From: Desulfatiglandales bacterium
GTDB taxonomy: Bacteria; Desulfobacterota; DSM-4660; Desulfatiglandales; HGW-15
DNA length: 64,000 nt
Reading direction: 5' to 3'
Assembly: GCA_963667015.2 (NCBI GenBank)
Contig: CAXXJJ010000004.1
Span: forward strand, 1,408,001 to 1,472,000
A model generated the notes under the pieces. It worked only from the letters and a program-made list of their open reading frames with translations, did not search any database and was not told the origin of the DNA. Below are positions 20,288 through 33,641 of this stretch, in pieces (positions within the stretch are counted from its first letter, which is position 1; each line of letters starts with the position of its first letter). Position numbers and translations under genes: made by a program.

Positions 20288-21901
20288 TTATCCCCAGATT
20301 ACCGTGTCACGTTTCCAGTTCACATCATCCCTGTCAGGACAGTCCAGATTATAATGCAGCCCCCTGCTCTCTTTCCTGAGTGTGGCACAGGTTATTATTA
20401 ATTCCCCCACAAGGGCTATGTTACGAAGTTCAAGCAGATCCCTTGTAACTGTAAAATTCCAGTAATACTCCTTTATCTCTGACTGAATATTCTCAATTCT
20501 TGCCCTTGCCCTGGCCAGTCTTCGATTAGTTCGAACTATCCCAACATAGTTCCACATCAGCCGTCTAATCTCATCCCAGTTATGGGTAACCATAACCATC
20601 TCTTCGCTGTCTATTGCTATACCCTTCTCCCAGTCAGGTGCATTTGCAAAAGGAATATCCCGGTTAATTTCCAGGTCATGCCTTGATCTTATTGCAGCCT
20701 TTCTGGCAAAAACAAGGGCTTCAAGCAGTGAATTACTGGCAAGCCGGTTTGCGCCATGAAGACCTGTGCATGCCACCTCCCCTATCGCATAAAGGTTATT
20801 TATATTGGTCAGACCATTTTCATCTGTAACTAATCCACCGCACATATAATGAGCAGCAGGCACAACAGGAATTGGTTCTTTTGTAATATCGATTTGATAT
20901 TTCTGGCAGTTTTCATAGATATTAGGAAAACGCTCTCTGACAAAATCCTGCGGTTTGTGACTTATATCCAGGTACACGCATTCGTCACCGCTTTTTTTCA
21001 GTTCCATATCAATAGATCTTGCAACGATATCCCTGAATGCAAGATCTTTTAAGGGGTGGTACTTTTCCATAAAGCGCTCACCTTTACCATTCAGAAGAAC
21101 GCCTCCTTCGCCTCTTACAGCCTCTGATATTAAAAAGTTTTTTGCAAGAGGATGATACAGGCATGTAGGATGAAACTGCACAAACTCCATGTTAGCGGCC
21201 TTTACACCGGCACGATACCCCATAGCAATACCGTCGCCGGAAGCAATATCAGGATTACTCGTGTAAAGGTATATCTTACCGACACCACCGGCTGCCAGGA
21301 CAGTAACCTTGGCCTGAAAAGTAATCACTTCCTCATTTTTTACATCAAGGACATATGCTCCCCAGCATGATTCCTTTGATTCCGATTTTACAATTCCTCT
21401 TCTTATAAGCTTTGATATTGTTATCAAATCAATCGCCATAAAATCTTCATAGATTGTTATATTTTCGTTTTCTTCGGCCCTTTCAAGCAGACCTCTTTCA
21501 ACCTCATTCCCTGTCTTATCCTTTGTGTGTACAATTCTCCGCTTGGAATGCCCGCCTTCCATACCAAGTTCCAGCTCATTTGAGCCATTATTTTGACGGG
21601 AAAAGTTAACGCCCATGGAAATCAATTCGTTAATCATTTCCGGGCCGTTTTTAACTACCATCTCAACAATCTGTTTATTACACAGGCCGTCTCCGGATTT
21701 GAGGGTATCTTCCACATGTAAATCAAAAGTATCATCAAGATTAAACACGGATGCTATGCCACCCTGGGCATAGTTGGTTGATGTCTCCATTTTTTCTTTT
21801 TTCGTAACGATTGCTACCTTCCCTGATTTAGCTGCTTCCAGGGCAAAACTTAAACCGGCAATGCCTGTACCAATAACAAGATAATCGGTTTTAATTTCCA
21901 T
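20288..21901 (-). CDS. nadB: L-aspartate oxidase
   Basis: GTGIAGL, YAQGGIA, EGGHSKRRIVH, QFHPT, LHGANRLASNSLLE. Confidence 0.96.
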   Translation of the reverse strand: MEIKTDYLVIGTGIAGLSFALEAAKSGKVAIVTKKEKMETSTNYAQGGIASVFNLDDTFDLHVEDTLKSGDGLCNKQIVEMVVKNGPEMINELISMGVNFSRQNNGSNELELGMEGGHSKRRIVHTKDKTGNEVERGLLERAEENENITIYEDFMAIDLITISKLIRRGIVKSESKESCWGAYVLDVKNEEVITFQAKVTVLAAGGVGKIYLYTSNPDIASGDGIAMGYRAGVKAANMEFVQFHPTCLYHPLAKNFLISEAVRGEGGVLLNGKGERFMEKYHPLKDLAFRDIVARSIDMELKKSGDECVYLDISHKPQDFVRERFPNIYENCQKYQIDITKEPIPVVPAAHYMCGGLVTDENGLTNINNLYAIGEVACTGLHGANRLASNSLLEALVFARKAAIRSRHDLEINRDIPFANAPDWEKGIAIDSEEMVMVTHNWDEIRRLMWNYVGIVRTNRRLARARARIENIQSEIKEYYWNFTVTRDLLELRNIALVGELIITCATLRKESRGLHYNLDCPDRDDVNWKRDTVIWG

Positions 21902-22138
21902 TTACACTCCTGATATATTGTACTTTCTGACTTATGGATTCATGGGCCAAGATTATTACACTATTCTTTTATAAATGTATATTTTTTAATAAAACAGACG
22001 AGTCATATATTAGGGAAGTGTAAACTTAAAGTTTAGTATCTGGCGAATCTGATAAGCATATTACAATCTTACTGTGGGGATCTTTTTCAACTTTTCAATT
22101 TTTTCTATCGACATTTTTCCGGATGGCGATTGTTTCTT

Positions 22139-22957
22139 TTACTGAATAGTATCCAGCATTCTCTTGGCTTCTTTTGCATACTTACTTCTGGGATCATTTA
22201 GTATAACCTGATTTAACTGTTTTACTGCCTTCTGTTTCTGCCCTGTCTTTAAATATAATCTGCTTAAGCCTAAATGAACATTCCATGATTGAGGAACAAT
22301 CGAAAGGGCCTTTTCATAGGTTAAAAAGGCCTTTTCCTGATCATCCATTGATTCATAAAGAGCAGCAAGGTCAAGATAGGCAGGAATATAATCTTGTGAA
22401 AGCTTTATGGCCATTTCATAGTTTTCAATTGCTCTTGGATAATCACCTTTATGGAAATACACTGATCCAATATTATGATATGCAAAATGAGGCGTTCTGT
22501 ATAATATATCTCCAACTGCCTTTTTAAAACAATTTAGGGCCATGTCCCATTCCTTTTGCTGGGAGTAAAGAATGCCCATATCATTAAAGACTTCCGGATA
22601 TTCAGTTTTACGCCTTATGGCTTTTTTAAAATGTTTAAGGGATAGATCAAACTCTCCTATTTTCTGATAGGCAAGTCCGAGTTGGTGCTGAAGTTCGGGA
22701 CTGGAAGAATTTATCTTCTCTGCCTCAAGAAGGTGAATTAGCCCTTCTCTTGTATTACCATCAAGAACCAGAGAACTGCCCAATTTTTCCTCTGCAAGCG
22801 CTCTTTCCTTCTTTGAGGAGATAGTGGCACAACACATAAGAAGGGAGGTAAGAATGATTAAAGATGAAAACTTAAAGGCCTTGTTTGACACAGAAATATT
22901 GCTCCTGAAATAAAATTTGGTTCCGTTTGAAATAAATAAACCGGATCTTTTTTTCAA
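22139..22957 (-). CDS. TPR pilotin-like lipoprotein (PilF/PilW/Tgl family)
   Basis: TPR repeats, LYRTPHFAYHNIG motif, lipobox-like LMCCA, directly after pilQ. Confidence 0.75.
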   Translation of the reverse strand: MKKRSGLFISNGTKFYFRSNISVSNKAFKFSSLIILTSLLMCCATISSKKERALAEEKLGSSLVLDGNTREGLIHLLEAEKINSSSPELQHQLGLAYQKIGEFDLSLKHFKKAIRRKTEYPEVFNDMGILYSQQKEWDMALNCFKKAVGDILYRTPHFAYHNIGSVYFHKGDYPRAIENYEMAIKLSQDYIPAYLDLAALYESMDDQEKAFLTYEKALSIVPQSWNVHLGLSRLYLKTGQKQKAVKQLNQVILNDPRSKYAKEAKRMLDTIQ

Positions 22958-22984
22958 GATCCGGCTTAATTGATAATCTCAAAA

Positions 22985-25108
22985 CTAAAAATTCTTAACC
23001 GGAGCAGGGATTACATTTGGAGTCAGGAATATCAGCAACTCGGTTTTACTTGTCTGTTTTCTCTTTGCCTTAAATAACCATCCAATACCCGGAATATCCT
23101 TTAGCACAGGAACGCCTTCAACGTTATCACTTTCCTTCTCCTTTATAATCCCGCCTATTACAATAGTTTCTCCACTCTGTACCATAAGGGTTGTGGAAAT
23201 TGTTTTTGTAGTCTTTCTGTTATCAGCAACCCTCTGGTCATCCGATACATCAACATTAAGCGTGATAAAATCGTTGTAACTGACAGAAGTAGGTGTAACA
23301 CTCAATGACAGTTCTGCGGGAAAGTCTTCTGCCTGGACATTTTCTGTGGCGGCTATTTTTATTATTTCACCGGAGCTTATTTTCGCTTCAGACCCTTCCT
23401 GAGCTATGACCTTTGGAGCAGATATTGTTTTTGCTTTTCCATTACTCTCAGCCAGGGCCAGCGTTGCATCCAGGGCAAAAAAGCCCAACCCGCTGGATGA
23501 TATCTTTGCAAAACTTACACCTATATTACCCCAATTTGCAGCCGGTGAATTTGTTGAGAAACTGCCGCCATATGACCTGCCGCTTCCCAGACTTGAGCGT
23601 TCTGCAATGGTCCCGTCATATTCATAATTCACAATGGGTCCGAAAAGAGGATCGTCTGCCTCTTCTCTTGTAACTTCTGTTCCGCCATTCCATTTAAGGC
23701 CAAGATCCTTGGTAAAGTCATCTGCGACTTCAACAATTCTCGCTTCTATCATAATCTGTTTTACAGGCGTATCAAATTGCTTTACAATTTTTTTCGCTTC
23801 TTCAATACTTTCCGCTGTATCAGTGATAATGATCATATTTGTTCTTGGATCAGTGCTTATCTTGCCGCGTTTGGAAAGTATGATATGATCCTTAATTTCA
23901 TCGGCCTTGGCAAAATCAACTGTTATATAATCAGTTACGATCGGAGCATCATCTACTTCTCTTTTCGCCTGTTCTAAAATTCTCTCTCGCTCCTGATCCA
24001 ACTTCAGCTGAATTTTTCTTGCCTCAGCCTCTTCCTCAGCCAGCATCTGGGCCATTTTCTGTTTTGTTGTAATCAGGATAGTATTCTCGCCTACCTGACG
24101 CTTGGCAAGGTCAGCAAGCATCATGACAAGCTCTAAAGCATAATCCCACGGCTCATCTTTTAATATTATAGAGATTTTTTTCCCTTTGATCTCAGCAGGA
24201 TCCCAGACTAGGTTTTCCCCGCTGACACTATTTATGAGTGTCAGAATATCTGTAACATCTGCAGCCTTTGACATTTCCAGATACATCGGTTCACCTTTAT
24301 ACTTATTACTTACTGAAGGCGAAAATGCCTGAATTTCAGCCTGAGATGCAGCCGGTGCTGCAGTTGACTTTGTCATGGTCTTTTTATTTGTAACTGCGGC
24401 AAGATTCCTTGTCTCAGCCTCTACCAGATTTAGGGGTACTATATTTTTCTCTGCAACCCTTTTCTTAATCCTGTCAAAATCGATAATCAGGCTGTCATCA
24501 GACTGTTTGATTGTATAGGGGACAACCTCACGCAACACTATACCAAGGGTAACTTTATTATTATCCTTATCAAATTCAGGGTTAATTTTTTCCAATGCTG
24601 TTTGAAACTCAGTAGTATCGATATGCCTGAGAAGTACATCAAGGCCTATTTGACTGTTATAAATATTCAAGGCAAGTGTATTGGCACCTACACTATCGAG
24701 ATCGTAGTCAACTTTCTTATTGGTGGTAACTGTCAATCTTGATTTGCTCTGCGGCATCATCGAAAAATCAATACCCAGTATCTGCCCCAGTTTGGAAGCA
24801 GAGGGTTTGATAAAGATACGAGGCTCTGATTCTGTGTATTCTGTTTCTTTAACATCTTCTTTAAAAGGCACTGATTCGGTTTCATTATCTGCCATTTGGG
24901 CAGTAACCGTCTCCTCAGGGACTGTATCGTTACGGGAATAGTCAGTGTCAACTTGGTTGATATTTGATTGCGAATCAGCATTATCAGCCGGATTGGTCCC
25001 AACAGATGACCCTGTCGCACATCCAAACATGAAGCAGGCAGCAACAAAAATATATATCAAAAAAGATTTAAATCTTCTTTTTTTATCGATACAGTACAAT
25101 TTACTCAT
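22985..25108 (-). CDS. pilQ: Type IV pilus secretin PilQ
   Basis: Secretin motifs DPRTN, KQIMIEARIVE, GVPVLKDIPGIGWLFK, ELLIFLTP. Start placed at ATG 25108 (RBS AGGAGA). Confidence 0.93.
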   Translation of the reverse strand: MSKLYCIDKKRRFKSFLIYIFVAACFMFGCATGSSVGTNPADNADSQSNINQVDTDYSRNDTVPEETVTAQMADNETESVPFKEDVKETEYTESEPRIFIKPSASKLGQILGIDFSMMPQSKSRLTVTTNKKVDYDLDSVGANTLALNIYNSQIGLDVLLRHIDTTEFQTALEKINPEFDKDNNKVTLGIVLREVVPYTIKQSDDSLIIDFDRIKKRVAEKNIVPLNLVEAETRNLAAVTNKKTMTKSTAAPAASQAEIQAFSPSVSNKYKGEPMYLEMSKAADVTDILTLINSVSGENLVWDPAEIKGKKISIILKDEPWDYALELVMMLADLAKRQVGENTILITTKQKMAQMLAEEEAEARKIQLKLDQERERILEQAKREVDDAPIVTDYITVDFAKADEIKDHIILSKRGKISTDPRTNMIIITDTAESIEEAKKIVKQFDTPVKQIMIEARIVEVADDFTKDLGLKWNGGTEVTREEADDPLFGPIVNYEYDGTIAERSSLGSGRSYGGSFSTNSPAANWGNIGVSFAKISSSGLGFFALDATLALAESNGKAKTISAPKVIAQEGSEAKISSGEIIKIAATENVQAEDFPAELSLSVTPTSVSYNDFITLNVDVSDDQRVADNRKTTKTISTTLMVQSGETIVIGGIIKEKESDNVEGVPVLKDIPGIGWLFKAKRKQTSKTELLIFLTPNVIPAPVKNF

Positions 25109-25203
25109 GGAATATCTCCTTAATAATGAATACGGAAAATGAGTATAAGCGTTAAAATACAATTAATTACCAGAACCGCTCTTATTTCTTATTAATAATC
25201 TTA

Positions 25204-25731
25204 TCATCTATCAGTTTGTGTCCTCTTTGACACGTCTCTGAATTCTTTTTCACCCGAGGTAATATTTCTATACTCTTCTCTTATTATTATTTCACCGGGA
25301 TTGATCTCATATACATACCCTCTTTCTAAACCTATTCGAGTTCCTACCTTTATAATATATCCATCACCTTTGTTATCTTTTACCATAGCCCATCTATCCT
25401 TCTCACCAATGATAATTACTGATATGCTTATCTGGGAAAGTTCAAGGGTTTCAAGGTATGTCCTCGGCTCTTCTTCTTTATCTCTTTTTTCTGACTGCAT
25501 TACTATAAAGGACTTAAAAGGGTCAGTCTTTCCGACCGGGTTATATAAATACTTTCTTTCTTTTACTTCTGTATCTATCGATCCCTTAAGAGTCGGCGTT
25601 TCATCCTGGGGTTTCTTTTCAGTCTCTCCGGTTTTTGCATCCACAGTAGAAACAAAAAGTAACAGCAGGACAGACAAAAAAACAGTTAGATATGAAATAT
25701 TTTTACTGTTAATGTTTTTCAACTTCAGCAT
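25204..25731 (-). CDS. pilP: Type IV pilus assembly protein PilP
   Basis: YNPVGKTDPFKS motif, position between pilO and pilQ. Confidence 0.85.
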   Translation of the reverse strand: MLKLKNINSKNISYLTVFLSVLLLLFVSTVDAKTGETEKKPQDETPTLKGSIDTEVKERKYLYNPVGKTDPFKSFIVMQSEKRDKEEEPRTYLETLELSQISISVIIIGEKDRWAMVKDNKGDGYIIKVGTRIGLERGYVYEINPGEIIIREEYRNITSGEKEFRDVSKRTQTDR

Positions 25732-25733
25732 TT

Positions 25734-26306
25734 TTATTTCCCTTTAACAAAGGTATATGTAATTGCATTACATTTAACATCCAAAACCGTTGAGCGTTCT
25801 TTTACAGGTTTCATGGTAACATTCTGAATATTCATTATACGCTCCATGTTACCAACCTTTTCAAAAAAGACTGCTACATTATGGTAAGATCCTTTTATTG
25901 TAAGAGATATCGGGACCTCTGCATAAAAACCTTTCACCCTGTTATTTTGAGGCTGAAAGACAGATATATCAAGTTCGGAATCAAAACCAAGTTTTGTTAT
26001 CTGTGTCAACAGTTCAGGAATTTCCATTTCATTGGGGAGCAGTCTTAATGCCACATCAAACTGCATATCAACCTTTTTTTTCTCTTCCCTGACCTTTGGC
26101 AATTTTTTTCTCTGTATTCTTGCCCTGTCCAGTTTACCATTCAATTCATCAATACTGGTCCGGGTAACGGATATCTGCTCTGTTTTAGGCATATAGACCA
26201 GCGGGATGAAAATACCGGCAAGCACAATCAGGGTACCCGCAAGGATAGCAATCCTTACCGGCATCTTGATCACTTCTATTTTTTCAATTAGGGATTTTTT
26301 TTCCAT
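25734..26306 (-). CDS. pilO: Type IV pilus assembly protein PilO
   Basis: LLPNEMEIPELL, FYAEVPI, GSYHNVAVFF. Confidence 0.9.
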   Translation of the reverse strand: MEKKSLIEKIEVIKMPVRIAILAGTLIVLAGIFIPLVYMPKTEQISVTRTSIDELNGKLDRARIQRKKLPKVREEKKKVDMQFDVALRLLPNEMEIPELLTQITKLGFDSELDISVFQPQNNRVKGFYAEVPISLTIKGSYHNVAVFFEKVGNMERIMNIQNVTMKPVKERSTVLDVKCNAITYTFVKGK

Positions 26307-26328
26307 TATTTCTCAGCCCGGAACCTAG

Positions 26329-26934
26329 TTATTTTTTCTTTTTTGGTTTCTTTTTAGTCTTCGTGCCTTCGCTTTTTTTGGCTGCAGCATAAGTCTTACA
26401 TTCTAAAGTAAAATCCGAAACAGTCAATTTTTCCGCAGGCAATTCCCTGCTTTGGGTTTTCTTCAGTACGGGTGTAGCTATTATCTGCTCGGTTCTTTCA
26501 AGGTTTTTCATAAATAATGAAACTGTCTCATAGTCCATTGCTGTGCCGCTTAGATCTAATTTACCATCTTTTTCAGAAAGGGATGTGAGCCAGAGTTTAT
26601 TCTTGGGAACAGCATCTGAAATATCAGAAAGCAGAAGGACCGGACCTGTTTTTCCCTTCTCAAGATCTTTTATGATATCAAGCTTTTTGTTTATCTCCTT
26701 GATCTTGTTTTCCAGATCCTTAATTTCCTTTAACTCCTTATCATAGCTTTTAAGTTCTGCAGTTAACCTGCTCTCCTGATCTTTTAAATCAGAAAGGTCT
26801 TTGCTGTATTTAAAAAACAAAACACCCATTACTAGGAGAGCACAGCAGACAGCAGCAACATAAATTGTAATCTGCCTTTTTACATTCTCTCTCTTCCGAG
26901 CTGCCCTGAAGGGCAAAAGATTAATTCTTATCAT
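26329..26934 (-). CDS. pilN: Type IV pilus assembly protein PilN
   Basis: MIRINLLP N-terminal motif. Confidence 0.92.
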   Translation of the reverse strand: MIRINLLPFRAARKRENVKRQITIYVAAVCCALLVMGVLFFKYSKDLSDLKDQESRLTAELKSYDKELKEIKDLENKIKEINKKLDIIKDLEKGKTGPVLLLSDISDAVPKNKLWLTSLSEKDGKLDLSGTAMDYETVSLFMKNLERTEQIIATPVLKKTQSRELPAEKLTVSDFTLECKTYAAAKKSEGTKTKKKPKKKK

Positions 26935-28028
26935 TTGTCACCAACACTCCTTAAAGCCAGGCCTACTGCCACGCCAGCCTGGGGAGCTATATCGCTCAGG
27001 TACTTGGGGTCAAATATCTTCTCATTAATCTGCAAACCTCCAAACGGATTCAGTTCTTCAACTGGAATACCTGTTTCCATTTCAAGGTACTTCATAAAAT
27101 CCGGGATTTTACATGCTCCACCGCTAACAAATATCTTTTCTATTTTTTCCTCTGGATATGTTGTGGATAGGAAATCCAGCGCTCTGCTGGTTTCCTGTAC
27201 CCATCCGGATACCATTGTAGTAAAAATTTCTTCAAGAGCGGGTTTATCTTTATCTTCCACTTCTGCCCCACCCAGCTTTATTTTTTCTGCTTCTTCATAT
27301 GATACATCAAACTGGGATGAAATTGTATCAGTAATCTGAGCACCACCGTAAGAGGAATCCCTGGTAAACATTGAAGTGCCATTTTTTATTGCATTTATAC
27401 CGAGTTCCTCAGCACCTATATTTATTATTGCATAACATCCCGAGGCATCAGTCGTGCTGGCTTCAAAGGCATTTTGAAGGGCAAAGGCATCCACGTCCAT
27501 AACAACCGGGTTAAGTCCGGCCAGATGAATAAGGCTTTCATATTCTTCAATAATATCCTTTTTTGCTGCAACAAGCATCACATCCATTAAATCAGAATCA
27601 TGACTTGATATATCGTCATCAAAGCCTTCACCTGGGATATCATCAGAATCAGATAGAATCTCATAATCAAGATTAACATCGCTGATATCAAAGGGAATAT
27701 ACTGCTCTGCTTCTTCCTGGATACTTGACTCCAGCGCTGCCTCATCTCTCTTTGCAATACTTATTTTTTTAACAATTACAGAAAACCCCGAAATAGATGT
27801 GGCTACATTTTTATTCTTTACGTTAAGGTTTTTAAAAAGGTTTCTAATTGCAGTAGCGGCTACTTCTATCTCTTTTATACTGCCTTCAACGATAGTATCC
27901 TTTGGCAAATGGACGATTCCGAAGTTTTTTAAAATCATTCCTTTTTTGCTATCATCAATTTCAACCAGTTTTATAGAGTGCGAACCAATATCCAACCCTA
28001 CCAGTTGATTCTTTTTAGGTACAGGCAT
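26931..28028 (-). CDS. pilM: Type IV pilus assembly protein PilM
   Basis: VGLDIGSHSIK, EAEQYIPFDI, DVDAFALQN, VAVGLALR. Confidence 0.95.
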   Translation of the reverse strand: MPVPKKNQLVGLDIGSHSIKLVEIDDSKKGMILKNFGIVHLPKDTIVEGSIKEIEVAATAIRNLFKNLNVKNKNVATSISGFSVIVKKISIAKRDEAALESSIQEEAEQYIPFDISDVNLDYEILSDSDDIPGEGFDDDISSHDSDLMDVMLVAAKKDIIEEYESLIHLAGLNPVVMDVDAFALQNAFEASTTDASGCYAIINIGAEELGINAIKNGTSMFTRDSSYGGAQITDTISSQFDVSYEEAEKIKLGGAEVEDKDKPALEEIFTTMVSGWVQETSRALDFLSTTYPEEKIEKIFVSGGACKIPDFMKYLEMETGIPVEELNPFGGLQINEKIFDPKYLSDIAPQAGVAVGLALRSVGDK

Positions 28029-28042
28029 AAATGTCCTCGTTA

Positions 28043-28243
28043 TTAAACGTCAAGAAAAACCTTGCTTTTATCAGCCAGGTTAAACCCAAGAGCAAGAATG
28101 ATTTTCCTCTTCGTTTCCATCCGGCAGCTTTTACCCTTTTCTATCCGATCAATAGTCAGGGATGAAACCCCGGCTTTTCTAGCCAATTCAGCCTTACTCA
28201 TCAAGAGCTCTTCCCGGATTTCTTTTACAATGTTTCGGCCCAA
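28043..28243 (-). CDS. Small XRE-type helix-turn-helix protein heading the pil operon
   Basis: MSKAELARKAGVSSLTIDRIEKG. Confidence 0.85.
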   Translation of the reverse strand: MGRNIVKEIREELLMSKAELARKAGVSSLTIDRIEKGKSCRMETKRKIILALGFNLADKSKVFLDV

Positions 28244-28699
28244 TTTTGCCTCCAGCTTATTTCGTTAACCACAATAGTTTTATTACACTAGGCAAATATC
28301 ATATATATATTGTGTATTTTGTCAAGTATTTTTCGATAAATTTACCTAATTTAATATAATTTCTATACACATCGCATATATTAATATAAATTAATACAAC
28401 ATATTGTATAGACTTTGTGGCACAATACAAGCGGAACCACCAATCAAACCAACAAAGTAAAGATTTTTTTAATTTAATACTTACATCTCATTATTTTTTA
28501 TGCAAAATACAAGCCACTTGATCTTTTTTGGCTATTGGAAAGCTATACTTCTTATTAGAAAAATATCTTTACAGCAATCAATTATTTATATAATAAACAA
28601 CCATCTCCTCTGCTAACTCAATATCGACAGAAATATTGATAGCGTTAAAAAATAATACATCTGAAGTCAGATTGGAAAAGAACAATAAGGGATTAACCC

Positions 28700-29350
28700 A
28701 TGATAAGTAAAAAAAGTATAATCAGGGAATACGCAGAGGCATTCACTATTGCCATCCTGCTTGCATTGTTTATTCGAACCTTTATAATACAGGCATTCAA
28801 GATCCCTTCAGGAAGCATGAAATCCACTCTTCTCATTGGAGACCACCTTCTTGTCAATAAATTCATCTACGGCATCAAAATCCCTTTTATGGATAAATTC
28901 ATTATCCAGTTTAAAAAACCTGAAAGAGGCGATGTTGTTGTTTTTAAATACCCTGATAACGAAAGCATGGATTTTATAAAAAGAGTTATCGGAATTGCAG
29001 GAGATACAATAGAAATAAAAGATGACCAGTTATACATCAACAATAAAAAAATTACAAAAGAACTTGTCGGCAGATACAGCGACGATGAAATGACGAATGC
29101 AGAAGTTTATGAAGAAATAATTGACGGTAAGAGACATAAAATTCTTAACAAATCAATTGACGAAGATTTCGGACCGGTAAAAGTTCCCGAAGATTCCATA
29201 TTTGTCATGGGTGACAACAGGGACAACAGCCATGATGGCCGAAAATGGGAAAAAACACATTTTGTAAAACTCGAAAAAATCAAAGGCAAAGCATTAATAA
29301 TATACTGGTCATGGCCTCACTGGAAACGTTTTTTAAATATCATCAGGTAG
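28700..29350 (+). CDS. lepB: Signal peptidase I
   Basis: IPSGSM, DFIKRVIG, MGDNRDNSHDGR. Confidence 0.95.
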   Translation: MISKKSIIREYAEAFTIAILLALFIRTFIIQAFKIPSGSMKSTLLIGDHLLVNKFIYGIKIPFMDKFIIQFKKPERGDVVVFKYPDNESMDFIKRVIGIAGDTIEIKDDQLYINNKKITKELVGRYSDDEMTNAEVYEEIIDGKRHKILNKSIDEDFGPVKVPEDSIFVMGDNRDNSHDGRKWEKTHFVKLEKIKGKALIIYWSWPHWKRFLNIIR

Positions 29351-29520
29351 ACATTCATCTTTCCTCTTGCTCTGACACCAGCATCAGCAACTTTAACTTT
29401 TAGAATACAGGTGTGTATTAATTAATATTTTTATACATATCTGTATTTAGTAATTTACATATCAGAAAAAATAATTTAGTCTATACCCTTTTCTCAAAAA
29501 TCTGAAATTATTCCATATGA

Positions 29521-33054
<3,534 letters not shown>

Positions 33055-33096
33055 TAATCAGCTTAATCCCTGTAACAGTAGCGGATTTATTATAAT

Positions 33097-33140
33097 AATT
33101 AAAACCCGGCTGAGCCTTCGAGCTTTGCCGGGTTTTAATT
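33097..33140 (+). terminator. Intrinsic terminator after PFOR
   Basis: AATTAAAACCCGGC...GCCGGGTTTTAATT. Confidence 0.7.
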
Positions 33141-33258
33141 TATAATCTATCAGGCAAGCCCAATGTAGAACATTCCGGCATAAAAAAAAAGTATTTATAT
33201 GCATGATTTTTAATTGACAGGATGGCATATAATTGGTAGTTACTACCCTTCATTGAAT

Positions 33259-33332
33259 GCGCCCGTAGCTCAGCCGGATAGAGCGCCGGGCTTCGAACCC
33301 GTAGGCCGCAGGTTCGAATCCTGCCGGGCGCG
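33259..33332 (+). tRNA. tRNA-Arg (TCG), CCA not encoded
   Basis: Cloverleaf: GCGCCCG acceptor stem, CTTCGAA anticodon loop, GGTTCGAATCC T-arm. Confidence 0.92.
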
Positions 33333-33349
33333 CTTGGATATTAAAAAAA

Positions 33350-33425
33350 GGGCCTGTAGCTCAGCTGGCAGAGCAGTTGACTCTTAATCAATTGGTCGAA
33401 GGTTCGAATCCTTCTAGGCCCACCA
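33350..33425 (+). tRNA. tRNA-Lys (CTT)
   Basis: Cloverleaf: GGGCCTG acceptor stem, CTCTTAA anticodon loop, ends in CCA. Confidence 0.95.
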
Positions 33426-33641
33426 CAATAAATATGAAAGGGGCAAATTATAACCTATATAATTTGCTCTTTTTTTTAAAATCAGCTAACCAGATGATAT
33501 TCCAGCAGAATATTCTCAATAACACTTGCCTCAAACCATAAAATCGAATGAACTCAAGAAAATCCGGAAACTTACCGATTATATAAATGATTACCTTTGC
33601 GGGGTATATTTTTTCATAATTAAGGATTACGTTCCGAGAAA

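Noticed and set aside
28395..28410. NrdR-box-like palindrome TACAACATATTGTA
   Set aside because: Single copy in AT-rich sequence with no ribonucleotide reductase gene nearby.
33426..33641. Prophage or island integrated at the tRNAs
   Set aside because: No integrase nearby and no tRNA 3' duplication noticed.
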